Shown: one piece after another, positions 8,505 to 18,802 of the stretch
Position numbering within the stretch: position 1 is the first letter of the stretch
How the letters are laid out: every line of letters begins with the position of its first letter
The notes under the pieces: generated by a model
What the model was told of the DNA's origin: nothing
Seen by the model: the letters and a program-made list of their open reading frames with translations, nothing else
Database searches by the model: none
NCBI GenBank assembly: GCA_015478665.1
Contig: JADMII010000004.1
Span: 80,586 to 144,585, forward strand
Direction: 5' to 3'
DNA: 64,000 nucleotides
DNA from: Dehalococcoidia bacterium
Lineage (GTDB): Bacteria > Chloroflexota > Dehalococcoidia > DSTF01 > JACRBR01
Position numbers and translations under genes: made by a program

Positions 8505-9859
8505 GGCCAGTTCACGGCCGCCACGACCTCGTCGATAGCGTCGCCCGTCGCGTTGACGATGTGGTCGATCTGCTCCTCACTCGTCACCAGTGGCGGCGCG
8601 AAGAGGATGCTGTCGCCCTTCACCCGCGTGATCACCCCGCGCTCGCGCAGCGCGCTCAGCAGCTTCGCGCCGACGCCTGCGCCGAGCGAGGCCCGGCTCT
8701 GCTTGTCGGCTGCCACCGCGACGGCCGCCATCAGGCCGAGCCCGCGCACCTCGCCGACGCTCGGCATCTCGCGCAGGCGGCCCAGGCCGTCGTTGAGGCG
8801 CTGCCCCAGCCGCTCGGCGCGTTCGACGAGCCCTTCATCCTCGAAGATCCGCAGGTTTCGGAGGGCGACCGCGCAGGCCGTCGGATGGGCGGCGTTCGTG
8901 CAGCCGATCATGAACTTCGCATCGGCCGGCGCGTCGAGGATCACCTCGTGGACGCGCCCTGACACGATGAATGCCGAAAGCGGCACGTAGGCGCTCGTCA
9001 CGGCCTTCGCGATCGTCATGATGTCCGGCTGCACGCCCCAGCGCTCGAGGGCGAACCAGCGCCCGGTGCGCCCGAACCCTGTGATCACCTCGTCGGCGAT
9101 CAGCAGCACGTCGTTGCGGTCGCAGATCTCGCGCAGCCTTGGCCAGTAGCCGGGGTGCGGCGGGATGACGCCGCCGGCCCCATGCACCGGCTCTGCGATG
9201 ACTGCAGCGACCGTGCCCGCGCCCTCGCGCTCGATCACGGCCTCGATGGTATCGGCGCAGGCCAGCGTGCAGGCCGGCTGGTCGGCGCACCACTGGCAGC
9301 GGTAGTGGTAGCAGGTCGGCACCTGGATGAAGTCCGGTGGCTCCGGCCCGAATCCCGTGTGGAAGGGCGCCATGCCCGTGATGGCGGTCGTCGCCATCGT
9401 GCTGCCGTGGTAGGCCTCCTGCCGGTAGATCACCCTGGTCTTCTCCGGCTTCCCCGAGGCGTACCAGAAGTAGCGCGCTGCCTTGATCGCCATCTCGTTC
9501 GCCTCTGAGCCGCTGTTGGCGTAGAAGACGCCCGACATGTTCGGGTAGGCGAGGGAGAGCAGCTTCCCGGTGAGGCGGATGGAAGGGACGTTGGCGTACC
9601 CGGTGTAGCTGTTCGAGAACGCCAGCTGCGCCATCTGTTCGGCCGCCGCCTCCGCCAGCTCCCGGCGCCCGTGCCCGACGGCGACGTTCCACAGCGACGA
9701 CAGGGCGTCGATGTAGCTCCGCCCCTGTACGTCGGTCAGGACCGCGCCCTCGCCGCGCTCGAAGATGATCGCGCCCTCGTGGTCCGCGCGGTGAAACTGC
9801 GGGTGGATGATGTGGGCGATATCGTAGGCAGCGAGCGCGTCGATCTCGTCGGCGTTCAA
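8501..9859 (-). CDS. Class III (omega) aminotransferase, PLP-dependent
   Basis: 452 aa; the Lys-containing motif ADEVITGFGRTG...TIAKA and the overall fold family are recognisable. Confidence 0.85.
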   Translation of the reverse strand: MNADEIDALAAYDIAHIIHPQFHRADHEGAIIFERGEGAVLTDVQGRSYIDALSSLWNVAVGHGRRELAEAAAEQMAQLAFSNSYTGYANVPSIRLTGKLLSLAYPNMSGVFYANSGSEANEMAIKAARYFWYASGKPEKTRVIYRQEAYHGSTMATTAITGMAPFHTGFGPEPPDFIQVPTCYHYRCQWCADQPACTLACADTIEAVIEREGAGTVAAVIAEPVHGAGGVIPPHPGYWPRLREICDRNDVLLIADEVITGFGRTGRWFALERWGVQPDIMTIAKAVTSAYVPLSAFIVSGRVHEVILDAPADAKFMIGCTNAAHPTACAVALRNLRIFEDEGLVERAERLGQRLNDGLGRLREMPSVGEVRGLGLMAAVAVAADKQSRASLGAGVGAKLLSALRERGVITRVKGDSILFAPPLVTSEEQIDHIVNATGDAIDEVVAAVNWP

Positions 9860-9894
9860 ATGATCACCAGACTACGCCCTTCTAACCCGGCACA

Positions 9895-11430
9895 TTATAC
9901 GCCGCCATCGCGGCGCAGCAACTGCCGCGCCACCTGCCGCTCGTCCCATCGGAGGTGCGCCGTGCCGACGACGATCGACTGCTCGGTGCCCTTCCCGGCG
10001 AGCAGCACGGTGTCGCCCGGCCCCGCGTGCTCGAATGCCAGCGCGATCGCGCGCCGGCGATCCGGCTCGCGCACGAACTGACTGCCTTCTTCGAACCCGC
10101 TCGCGGCGAGCGCGCGGGCGATCGCGTCGATGATCGCGTCGGGGTCTTCGCGCCGCGGGTCTTCATTCGCGACGACGGCGAAGTCCGCGCCCGCCGCGAC
10201 GGCGTGTGCGATGCCGCTCCGGCGCCCGACGTCGCGCTCGCCGGCGGCGCCGAAGACGACGATCAGCTTGCCGCGCGTCGCCGGCCGCAGCACCGCGAGC
10301 ACGTTGCGCATCGCCGGCTCCGTCGAGGCGATGTCGACGACGACGCGATAGGGCTGACCCTCCTCGATCAGCTCCATCCGTCCCGGCACGCCGGGAAAGC
10401 CGGACAGCGCGGCGACCGCGTCGGAGAACCGCGCGCCCTGCGAGACCGCGACGGCGACCGCCGCCAGGCAGTTGGCGACGTTGTAATCACCGGGGAGCGG
10501 CGTTCGCGCGATGACTTCCTCGCCGCCCATCCGCGCTACGAACCGCATGCCGCTGGTGTCCCGCTCGATGTCGTGAGCGCGGATATCCGCGTCGCCGAAG
10601 CCGTAGCTGATCGCCGGCACGCCGCCGGCCGCCGCGCGCATCGCCGCCGACGCCGGATCGTCGGCGTTGACGACGGCCGCCTTCGGCGCGCCCGCTCCGG
10701 CGGACGACCGGAGCAGGGCGAACAGGCGCGCCTTCGCCGCCAGGTACGCCTCCATGCTGCCGTGGAAGTCGAGGTGATCGGGCGTCAGGTTGGTGAACAC
10801 AGCGACGCGGAACTCACAGCGGTCGACGCGGTGCAGCTCGAGCCCGATCGACGACGCCTCGATCACTGCGTACGCGGCGCCGGCATCGACCGCGCTGCGC
10901 AGCTCGCGTTGCACGTCGGAGGCCTCGAGCGTGGTCATGTGCGACGCGTTCAGCGTCGTGCGGACGCCGTCGGAGAAGGCGACGCTGCTCAGGTAGCCGC
11001 AGCGGCGCCCGGTCGCCGAGAGCACATGCGCGATGAGGTGCGTCGTCGTCGTCTTGCCGTCGGTGCCGGTGACGCCCACCGTGACCAGCGAGCGCGCCGG
11101 TTCGCCGTACAGCCCGGATGCCGCTTCGGCGAGCGCCGCCCGCGCATCGGGGACGGCGACGAACGCCACGCCCGGCGACAGCAGCGGCGCCCGGTGCGCC
11201 CGCGTGTCGGCCTGGACGATGATCGCGCCGGCGCCGGCGGCGATGGCGGCGGCGATGAAGCTGGCGCCGTCGACCTTGGCGCCCGGAATGGCGACGAAGA
11301 TGCCGCCGGCGACGACACGCCGGCTGTCATGCGTGATGTCCGGCGCACTCGCCGGCACGCCGGATACGACCTCGGCCGCCGTCAGCGCGCGCAGCCACGG
11401 CGGCGCCTCTGCCCCTGACGATGCGGGCAT
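9895..11430 (-). CDS. murE: UDP-N-acetylmuramoyl-L-alanyl-D-glutamate--2,6-diaminopimelate ligase (Mur ligase)
   Basis: P-loop GVTGTDGKTTT, the DHLDFH motif and the MurE-like domain order; it is not inside a dcw cluster, so its specificity is uncertain. Confidence 0.7.
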   Translation of the reverse strand: MPASSGAEAPPWLRALTAAEVVSGVPASAPDITHDSRRVVAGGIFVAIPGAKVDGASFIAAAIAAGAGAIIVQADTRAHRAPLLSPGVAFVAVPDARAALAEAASGLYGEPARSLVTVGVTGTDGKTTTTHLIAHVLSATGRRCGYLSSVAFSDGVRTTLNASHMTTLEASDVQRELRSAVDAGAAYAVIEASSIGLELHRVDRCEFRVAVFTNLTPDHLDFHGSMEAYLAAKARLFALLRSSAGAGAPKAAVVNADDPASAAMRAAAGGVPAISYGFGDADIRAHDIERDTSGMRFVARMGGEEVIARTPLPGDYNVANCLAAVAVAVSQGARFSDAVAALSGFPGVPGRMELIEEGQPYRVVVDIASTEPAMRNVLAVLRPATRGKLIVVFGAAGERDVGRRSGIAHAVAAGADFAVVANEDPRREDPDAIIDAIARALAASGFEEGSQFVREPDRRRAIALAFEHAGPGDTVLLAGKGTEQSIVVGTAHLRWDERQVARQLLRRDGGV

Positions 11431-11519
11431 ATGGCAAGTGTAGCGGACGCAGCGGCGTTCAGAGCGCCGCCCGCGGTCCGATTCTTGTTCCAGACAAGAC
11501 AGAGGAAGTAGGGGTGCGT

Positions 11520-12056
11520 ATGGTCGCGCTTCGGCCGGACCGACGATCCGCCGAGGGCGTGGTCAGTGATGAGCCGCCCTGGCCACAGGCGAACCCGCAC
11601 GATTGGCTGACGCTGGAGCAGGCAGCGTGCGAACTGGGCGTCTCGGTCAGCACGGTGCGGCGTCGTATGCGAAGGGGCGAGCTGCGGAACCGCATCGTGC
11701 CGCGAAGAGGCGGCTTCGCGTACCGCATCTACATCGCCGGCTCCCGCCATGGCCGCGAGCCGGAGTTGCACGGCCACCCATCGCGGCCGGCGCGGGCGCC
11801 GCGGCAGCCGCACGATTTGGCGGCGTATCGCCGGGAGCGGGCGGCGCTCCAGGCGGCCGAGTCCGACGTCGAGGCAGACGACGCCATGCGACACCTCGAA
11901 CAGCAGGTGGAGCGCCTCTCGGCCGCGCTCACCACCGCGCTCCGACCGAAGCGCCCGGGTGGCGCCGATGCGGTGTCCGCAGCCGCGCGCGGCGCCGACG
12001 AGCCGTACGCGCGCTATCGTCAGCTCGTCCGCAAGCGGCGCTGGTGGCCGTTCTGA
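11520..12056 (+). CDS. Helix-turn-helix (excisionase/MerR-like) DNA-binding protein
   Basis: Internal ATG preceded by GGAAGTAGGGG; the HTH is WLTLEQAACELGVSVSTVRRRMRRGEL. Confidence 0.5.
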   Translation: MVALRPDRRSAEGVVSDEPPWPQANPHDWLTLEQAACELGVSVSTVRRRMRRGELRNRIVPRRGGFAYRIYIAGSRHGREPELHGHPSRPARAPRQPHDLAAYRRERAALQAAESDVEADDAMRHLEQQVERLSAALTTALRPKRPGGADAVSAAARGADEPYARYRQLVRKRRWWPF

Positions 12057-12171
12057 GCGGTGTGTCCGCGGAACCGGGGCTGGGACTGATGGTTGGGGAC
12101 TGGGACTGCTGACTGCCAACCGGGGACTGTGGGGACTGAGGACCGGCGACTGGAGAGTGGGAGCGCGAGCG

Positions 12172-14562
12172 TCACGCCATGGCGATGAGGCTGCCCGCCG
12201 GTGACTTCTTCACCGTGATCCGGGCGCCGATCCGCCGCGGCAGGTCCGGCACGTGGCTGATGATGCCGACCATGCGGTCCTCCGACCGCAGCCCCTCGAG
12301 CGCGGTGATCACGACGTCGAGCACCTCCTCGTCCAGTGTGCCGAAGCCCTCGTCGAGAAAGAGGCTCTCGAGCACGGCCGAGGCGCCGCTGCGCAGTTCG
12401 GGGAGACGCTCCGAGAGCGCCAGCGCCAACGCGAGCGACGCGATGAACGTCTCGCCGCCGCTCAACGTCCGCGCCGGCCGCGCCTGGTCCGCCTGCCAGT
12501 GGTCGGTCACCAGGAACTCGCCGCCTTCGACGCTCAGCGCGAAGCGGTCATAGAGCGTCGCGAGGTGCGCGGTGGCGTTCGCCGCCAGCGCCTGCATCGC
12601 CTCCTCGATCACGTACGCCTGGAAGTTGTCCGCGCGCAGCAGCCGCGCCAGTTCGCGGTGACGCGCCGCCTGCGCCTTGCTGACCGTCAATTCGTGTTGC
12701 AGCTCCTCCGCCCTCGCGATGTCGCGCTCGAGGCGTTGCGCCGACTGCTCGAGCGCCGCGTGGCGCCGGTTCAGCGTCTCCGCTTCGGACTGGCACGCCT
12801 CGAGCAGCGACCGTAGCGACGCGCGGGGGTTCTGCGGCGGCGTCGCGCGCAACATCGCCGCGACATCGTCCCAACGCCAGGCGCCCGCGAGCTCGGCCAG
12901 CGACGCTCGGGACGCAGCCGCTTCCTTCGCCTCCGCCGCCGCGTTCTCCGCCAGTTGCTGCGCGGTCCGTACGTCCGCGGCGATCTTCGTCGCCGCCTCG
13001 GTCGCTTCCGGCTGGAGCGTCTCGAGCGCGCGTCGAGCTTCGTCGCGCACGTGCGTCAGCTCACGCACACGCGCGGCGGCGGCGTCCTGCCCGCCGAGCG
13101 CCGCCGCGATCGTCTCTGGATCGCTGCCGGCGGTGCCGGGAAGCAGCGCCGCGATCTCGTCGCGGAGCGCCGCCCGCTGCTGCTCCAGCTTCGTCGCGTC
13201 GTCGCGCGCGCGATCGTGCGCCTGCCGCTGCGATTGAAGCGCCATCTCGGCGGCGCGCGAGGCATCCTGCGTCCGCCTCTCTGCGCTCTTCGCGTCGGCG
13301 ACCGCCTTCTCGGCCGCGGCGATGCTGCCGGCCTTCGTCTTCGGCAGCGTCGCCACGGTGGCGCCGCAGACGGGGCAGGCGTCGCCGCGCTTGAGGTTGT
13401 GGCGCAGGTGCTCCGCCGACTCGTCGCGCCTCGCGTCATCTCGCCGCGCCTCGGTGAGCTCGCGCGCCGCCACCGCTGCGGCAGCGCTGCGCTCGGCGGC
13501 CGCACACGCTGCCGCCGCCTCTTCGATGCGCCGGGTGTCCGCCAGCACGTCCTGCACGGCGGCCAGATCGCGTTCGAGCGCGTTCGCCTGCTTCGCGCGG
13601 TCCGCCGCCGTGCGCAGTCGCGCGTGCAGCTCGACGTCGTAGCCGGCCGATTCCAATGCCGCCTCGTGCTCGGCGATCCTGCGCCGCAGCGCCGTCACCC
13701 GCTGTTCCGCCGACGCCGCCAGCTCGCGCAGGCGCTCGACCTCGGCGAGCATCTCATCGCGCTGCTTCGTGAGCGTGCGCTGGCGGTCGAGCGCGAACAC
13801 GACCTTGTCCGCCAGCTCGACGCCGCGCTGCAGCGCATCGCGGTGCTCTCTCGTCTGCGCGAGCTGCGGGCCGATCGCGGCGAGCTCTTCGCGCGTGGCC
13901 ACGAGCGTCTCCGGCGTCGCCTCGCGGTAGTCCTCGCTCAGCCGGCGTTCGATGTTCTTCGCCCCGGCGTCCAACTCGCGGGCGCGTGCCGCCGCCGCTG
14001 ACCGCACGTCCTCGTAGATCTGCGTGCCGAGCAGCTCCTTCAGCAGCTCCCGGCGCTCCTTCGCGTCGCCGGTGAGGAACTCCTGGAACTTGCCCTGGGG
14101 CAGCAGCACGCAGCGCGTGAAGCCGTCGAAGTCGAGCCCGATGATCCGTTCGATCTCGCGGTCGATCGTCTGCACGCGGTCCTGCATGGGCAGCCAGTGG
14201 TCGCCGCCGATGAGGCGTTCAAGGACGACCGGCGAGACGTTGGTGGCCACGCGCTCGCTGCCGTCGCGGGCGGTCTTGCGCGTCGTGTTGATGCCGCGCG
14301 AGACGCGATACCGCTCGCCGCCCGCCTCGAAGTCGAGCGCGACCCGCATGTTGTCGCGGTTGTGCGAGATCAGCGACGTCGTCTTCCGCCCGTCGCCGCG
14401 CGGCACCCGCCCGTAGAGCGCGTAGCAGATCGCGTCGATGAGGGTCGACTTTCCGGAGCCGGTCGGGCCGGAGATGACGAACAGGTCAAGATCCGTGAAG
14501 TCGATCTCGATCGGGTCGCTGTAACAGGTGAAGCCGGCGAGCCGCAGGTTACGGGGCCGCAC
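12172..14562 (-). CDS. sbcC: SbcC/Rad50-family DSB-repair ATPase
   Basis: Walker A GPTGSGKST, long coiled coil, a central CPVCG zinc hook, and C-terminal signature and Walker B motifs. Confidence 0.85.
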   Translation of the reverse strand: MRPRNLRLAGFTCYSDPIEIDFTDLDLFVISGPTGSGKSTLIDAICYALYGRVPRGDGRKTTSLISHNRDNMRVALDFEAGGERYRVSRGINTTRKTARDGSERVATNVSPVVLERLIGGDHWLPMQDRVQTIDREIERIIGLDFDGFTRCVLLPQGKFQEFLTGDAKERRELLKELLGTQIYEDVRSAAAARARELDAGAKNIERRLSEDYREATPETLVATREELAAIGPQLAQTREHRDALQRGVELADKVVFALDRQRTLTKQRDEMLAEVERLRELAASAEQRVTALRRRIAEHEAALESAGYDVELHARLRTAADRAKQANALERDLAAVQDVLADTRRIEEAAAACAAAERSAAAAVAARELTEARRDDARRDESAEHLRHNLKRGDACPVCGATVATLPKTKAGSIAAAEKAVADAKSAERRTQDASRAAEMALQSQRQAHDRARDDATKLEQQRAALRDEIAALLPGTAGSDPETIAAALGGQDAAAARVRELTHVRDEARRALETLQPEATEAATKIAADVRTAQQLAENAAAEAKEAAASRASLAELAGAWRWDDVAAMLRATPPQNPRASLRSLLEACQSEAETLNRRHAALEQSAQRLERDIARAEELQHELTVSKAQAARHRELARLLRADNFQAYVIEEAMQALAANATAHLATLYDRFALSVEGGEFLVTDHWQADQARPARTLSGGETFIASLALALALSERLPELRSGASAVLESLFLDEGFGTLDEEVLDVVITALEGLRSEDRMVGIISHVPDLPRRIGARITVKKSPAGSLIAMA

Positions 14563-15724
14563 GTTGCGTCTCCGCGTTGTAGAGCTCCGTGAACAGCGCC
14601 AGCAGCTCCGGCTGGATCTCCGCGCCGCCGTGCTGCTCGCGATAGTAGCGCGCGAGGAGTTGGTCCGGCATCAGGTCGCGTCGCTCGTGGCGCGGCGGCT
14701 GCTCGCCGAAGGCGCCGCCGGCAGTCTCGGCCTTCACATCGAGCGCGTTCGGCAGCACCTCGCGCACCCGCTCGTAGAGCGAGAGCACCGGCGCATCGAG
14801 CTCGACGAACACGCGCAGGTAGTCCTCGCCGTACCTCCCGGCGTGCTGCGGCAGGTCTTCGAGCCGGAGACGCACGTTGCGCAGACCGCGGCCGCCCGTG
14901 ATCTCGACCGCGCGCGCCTGCGCCGGCAGCCCCGCCTGCACGTCGACGAGCTGCACGTACTTCGCCTGCTCCGCCTCGCCGAAATCGAGCTGCAGCAGCG
15001 ACCCGCTGTACCACGCGGGCGATGTGCCGATGCGCTGGCGGCGGTGCACATGACCGAGCGCGATGTACTGCGCCGTCGCCGGCAGGCTCGCCGGCTGCAC
15101 GGCGAAGGCCTGGCCGATCTGCAACTTGCGCTCGCCGCCTCCCTCGCCGATCACCGCCTTGTCGACCAGCAGATGGGCGACGAGCAGGTTCGCCGTGTCG
15201 TCGCGGAACGCCGAGCAGATCTGCGCGATCGCCGCTTCGAGCCGGCCCGCGTACCGCTGCATCGCCGCCGCCGGTCCGGCGAACAGCTCGTCGTAGTCGA
15301 TGGTCAGGCGCTCGGGCACCCATGGCAGCGCGACGACCGTCGCCGCCTCGCTGCCGTCGCGCGAGGTCACGGTGATTGCCGCATCAGCCGCGCGCCGGGG
15401 GACGGAGCCGACCGAGCGGGCGCCGGCGATCTGGAGCACGCCGGCCAGCGCGTCCATGTGGCCGGCGGAGTCGTGGTTGCCGGCGATCGACACGACGCGC
15501 ACGCCGGCGCGCAGCAGCTGCGTCAGCGCGTCGAATAGCAAGCGCTCGCATTCCGGGGATGGAGCGAACGTATCGAACGTGTCGCCGGCGAGCAGCACCA
15601 CGTCGACGTGCTCGTCGAGCGCCACATCGACCACCTGCTGCACGACGCGCTCGAACTCCGGCTGGCGCGAGATGTTGCGGATCGTGCGGCCGAGGTGCCA
15701 GTCGCTGGTGTGGAGCAGGCGCAT
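14549..15724 (-). CDS. sbcD: SbcD/Mre11-family nuclease
   Basis: Calcineurin-like phosphoesterase motifs (HTSDWHLG, LLAGDTFD, GNHD); overlaps sbcC by 14 nt. Confidence 0.85.
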   Translation of the reverse strand: MRLLHTSDWHLGRTIRNISRQPEFERVVQQVVDVALDEHVDVVLLAGDTFDTFAPSPECERLLFDALTQLLRAGVRVVSIAGNHDSAGHMDALAGVLQIAGARSVGSVPRRAADAAITVTSRDGSEAATVVALPWVPERLTIDYDELFAGPAAAMQRYAGRLEAAIAQICSAFRDDTANLLVAHLLVDKAVIGEGGGERKLQIGQAFAVQPASLPATAQYIALGHVHRRQRIGTSPAWYSGSLLQLDFGEAEQAKYVQLVDVQAGLPAQARAVEITGGRGLRNVRLRLEDLPQHAGRYGEDYLRVFVELDAPVLSLYERVREVLPNALDVKAETAGGAFGEQPPRHERRDLMPDQLLARYYREQHGGAEIQPELLALFTELYNAETQRAAP

Positions 15725-15725
15725 G

Positions 15726-17453
15726 CTACTGCAGCAGCCCGCCGCGCAGCGCCTCGCCGGCGGCGTCGCCGGCGCTGTCGACCTCGGACTTGCGCGTCGC
15801 CCACGCGGGGAACGGAAACTGCACCAGCAGCGGCACCGGGATCTCCGGCTGGTGCACGAACATCGTGCCCGGCTTGAGAATCGACGCGCGCGCCTTCGCG
15901 GCGTCCGTCAGGAAGCCGTACTCGGCCCGCGCCGCCTCGGCCGTATCGAGCCGGCCCGCGACGCGGAACGAGGCATTCGCCGTCACCCGCCGCTCGACCT
16001 CGCTCGCGGTCTGCTGCGCGCCGATGAGGATGACGCCGAGGCTGCGTCCGCGCTCGGCGATGTCGAGGATCACCTCCTTGATCGGGCTCCAGCCGTCGCG
16101 CGGCGCATACTTGTTCAGCTCGTCGAGTACGAGGAACGTCAGTCCGTGTTGGCCAGCACCCGATTCCGTCTGCTCGACGAGCCGGCGCACGACAACGCCG
16201 ACGACGAATCGCTTCGCCCTGTCCGGCAGGTTGTTGATGTCGATGACGGTGACCTGCCGTCCGGCGTCGGCATCCAGCACGCGGATCGTGTGCTGCTGCC
16301 GCTCCTCCTTCGTCAGCGCGCGCACGAGGTGGCCTGCGGTGGCGGCGGCATCGAACAGGCGGCGGATGAACGCCTGTCGCGTGCCTTCGGCGGCGTGCTG
16401 GGCGATGAGCGGCAGGTTCGCCTCGATGGCGTCGACCAGTTCCGGGAAGCTGCGTGCGGTGACGAGCTCGACGCCGTTGACGGAGACGAAGCCGCGATCG
16501 TCCGGGTCGAGCACGTTCGTCGGGCGCGCCAGCCACTCTTCGACGAGGCGGATGACGAACGAGATCTGGCTCGTCTCGCTGTCCGCCTCGGCGAAGAGGA
16601 AGCGCAGCATCCGCTCGCGGCAGAAGTCTGACAGCGACCAGCAGAACGGCAGCACACCCTCCTGCCGCGATGCCGATGCCGGGATGATCAGGTCGCCGCC
16701 CTTCTGCGCCGGCGCCCAGATCCTGACGCTGCGGAACGGTCCGACGGGCAGCCCCATGCGGGCGTAGGCATCGCGCGCGCGCTCGTCGAGGCGGTTGTTC
16801 GGCTTGTCGAGCCAGAGGAGGTCTTCGCCTTTCACGTTGAAGATGATCGACTTCGCGTTGCTGCCGCGCTGGCCCAGCACGCCCGACCCGAGCAGCGAAT
16901 ACAGGAGGAACAGAGCGTAGCTCGTCTTCGTCGCGACGCCGCTGATGCCGCTGATGTTCATGTGCGCGCCGCGCGTGCCGTCGAGGAACTCGAGGTTGCC
17001 GTAGATGCGCTGCCCGTCACGCGCCAGGCCGGCGACAAACGCCGTCTTCTCGGCGATCATCTGGTCGAAGTACAGCGCCTCATCGCGCTGCGTCGCTTCG
17101 CTCCTGTACGCCGCGGCGCCGGGCGAAGGCGCGACGAAGATCTCCGGCTCGACGCGCGTCACAGTGACGTGCGCGGCATGCGCGACGCCGACCGGCAGCC
17201 GCTGCTCCGACGCCGCATCGGCGTCGGAGTCGAAGCGCGCGCCCTCGAAGCGCGAGCGCACCGTGTCGACGATGCCGTGCAGCCGCACCGACTGCCCGTC
17301 CGGCAGGTCCACCGGCACGGTGACGACGTCATCGAGCTGCAGGTAGCGGCCGTCGCGCACGTACACCCAGAACGAGAGCGCGAAGGCGTCTTCGGTGCCG
17401 ATCACGCGCCCCACCGGCTCGGCGGTCAGGAACGCACCATCTACGGATGCCAT
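15726..17453 (-). CDS. herA: HerA-like (DUF87) hexameric ATPase/helicase
   Basis: 575 aa; P-loop GISGVATKTSYALFLL and a Walker B region VLDELNKYAP; the architecture matches archaeal HerA. Confidence 0.7.
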   Translation of the reverse strand: MASVDGAFLTAEPVGRVIGTEDAFALSFWVYVRDGRYLQLDDVVTVPVDLPDGQSVRLHGIVDTVRSRFEGARFDSDADAASEQRLPVGVAHAAHVTVTRVEPEIFVAPSPGAAAYRSEATQRDEALYFDQMIAEKTAFVAGLARDGQRIYGNLEFLDGTRGAHMNISGISGVATKTSYALFLLYSLLGSGVLGQRGSNAKSIIFNVKGEDLLWLDKPNNRLDERARDAYARMGLPVGPFRSVRIWAPAQKGGDLIIPASASRQEGVLPFCWSLSDFCRERMLRFLFAEADSETSQISFVIRLVEEWLARPTNVLDPDDRGFVSVNGVELVTARSFPELVDAIEANLPLIAQHAAEGTRQAFIRRLFDAAATAGHLVRALTKEERQQHTIRVLDADAGRQVTVIDINNLPDRAKRFVVGVVVRRLVEQTESGAGQHGLTFLVLDELNKYAPRDGWSPIKEVILDIAERGRSLGVILIGAQQTASEVERRVTANASFRVAGRLDTAEAARAEYGFLTDAAKARASILKPGTMFVHQPEIPVPLLVQFPFPAWATRKSEVDSAGDAAGEALRGGLLQ

Positions 17454-18406
17454 GTCGGGCTCTCCCTCCCAAACGTCGTCAGCATCAGCCGCCGCATCAT
17501 CTCCGGGTCCCCGAGCCGCCGCCGCAGCTCGCGCTCCAGCTGGCCGACGGGCATCAGGTTCTGCGGCGCCCGCGGGTCACGGTACGCCGTCGGCGCGTAC
17601 GGCGGCAGCAGCGCCGCCGTGATGTCGGCGGCCGCCAGCGCCCGCGCCCGCGGCGCCTCGTCGTCCATCTCGATCAGCGCCACGTTCGAGAGCGCGAGGT
17701 CGAGCGGTCCCAGGTCCGCGAGGCAGACGAACCACGAATAGTACGCCCGGTCGGAGCGGCGGCGGATGAACACCGGCGAGCGCTGGCCGGCGCGCAGGCG
17801 CGTCAGCGTCTCCAGCTGGTCGTCGCGCGTGAGCGGCAGCTGGTGCGGCGTCTTGATCAGGCCGATCGCCGACGCATCGCGGATCGGCGGCAGCCGGCCG
17901 TCGCAGACGATCAGCTCGGCGCCATCGACGATCAGCGACCGCACGACGGCGGCCTCGAGGTCCGCGCGCAGCCCCTTCAGAGTGCGGTCGATGCTCTCCG
18001 CGTCCGCTTCGGCGTTGTGCGCCGGCAGGTAGTCGATGGTCGTGTTGCTGGCGTTGAGCACGATCGTCTCGGCCGTGGCGCCGTTGGTGAGCACGATGCG
18101 CCGCTGCACGGACACGTGCCGCAGCGGCGGTTGCCGCGCCGGGCAGATGGCGCCCGCCGCGTAGGACACGAGCATGCCGGCGAACGGCATTCGCTCGCCC
18201 TCCGCCGAGACGCGCGCATCGCGGCGCTCGACGCCGTCCACGAAGGCGACATCGGGCAGACGCGCGGGCGCCGGCGGCGTCAGCGGACGCCAGGAGTCGC
18301 ACTCGATGTCCTCGGTGATCCCGGGTTCGTCTTCGGAGGCGAAGACAGCTTCGGCGACGGAGTCGTACGTCGTCGGCCGCGGGTCGATCTTCAGCAGTCG
18401 TGGCAT
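17441..18406 (-). CDS. nurA: NurA-like nuclease (putative)
   Basis: Internal ATG at the MPRLLKIDPRP... residues; DG-containing motif VAFVDGVERRD; overlaps herA by 13 nt; the assignment rests partly on operon context. Confidence 0.45.
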   Translation of the reverse strand: MPRLLKIDPRPTTYDSVAEAVFASEDEPGITEDIECDSWRPLTPPAPARLPDVAFVDGVERRDARVSAEGERMPFAGMLVSYAAGAICPARQPPLRHVSVQRRIVLTNGATAETIVLNASNTTIDYLPAHNAEADAESIDRTLKGLRADLEAAVVRSLIVDGAELIVCDGRLPPIRDASAIGLIKTPHQLPLTRDDQLETLTRLRAGQRSPVFIRRRSDRAYYSWFVCLADLGPLDLALSNVALIEMDDEAPRARALAAADITAALLPPYAPTAYRDPRAPQNLMPVGQLERELRRRLGDPEMMRRLMLTTFGRESPTWHP

Positions 18407-18802
18407 CGCGTTCCATCGCGCCGGGTGGCGGCGGGCAGGCGCTTCTGCCGCGCATCGTACCACCGGGAAGATCGCATGGTCGAGGTCGCCGAGCGACGCG
18501 ACGCACGGACGCAGCGACGGCACCAGCGACGGGCAGGCAGCGCCGCCGGCGGGCGAGCGACGCGTCGGCCGCCGCCGGCTGCGTCGCTCGCCCGGGGACG
18601 ACGCGCCGCTGCCGGAGCCGCCGCGGCGCGCACCACGGGCCGGGGCGCCCGCTTCGAACCTGCTCTCGTCGTCTCGTCTCCGGCGCCGCTCGCCGGCGCA
18701 GTATTTGTGAAGCCGGTTGCTAGTAGATCGGGCCGTTCCTATAATGCGGGACGCCCTGCAGAACACGCTCGCTCGTCGCGAGCGGGGGAGTATGCGGAGA
18801 TC

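Noticed and set aside
9955-11418. 487-aa ORF antisense to murE
   Set aside because: Extremely R/A/G/D-rich; no domain features; murE on the opposite strand is well supported
17447-18802. N-terminal 450 aa of the 601-aa plus-strand ORF that ends in the Usp domain
   Set aside because: It is antisense to nurA and herA and is low-complexity (R/P/Q-rich); only the last ~149 aa (from a TTG after GGGGGAG) look like a real Usp gene
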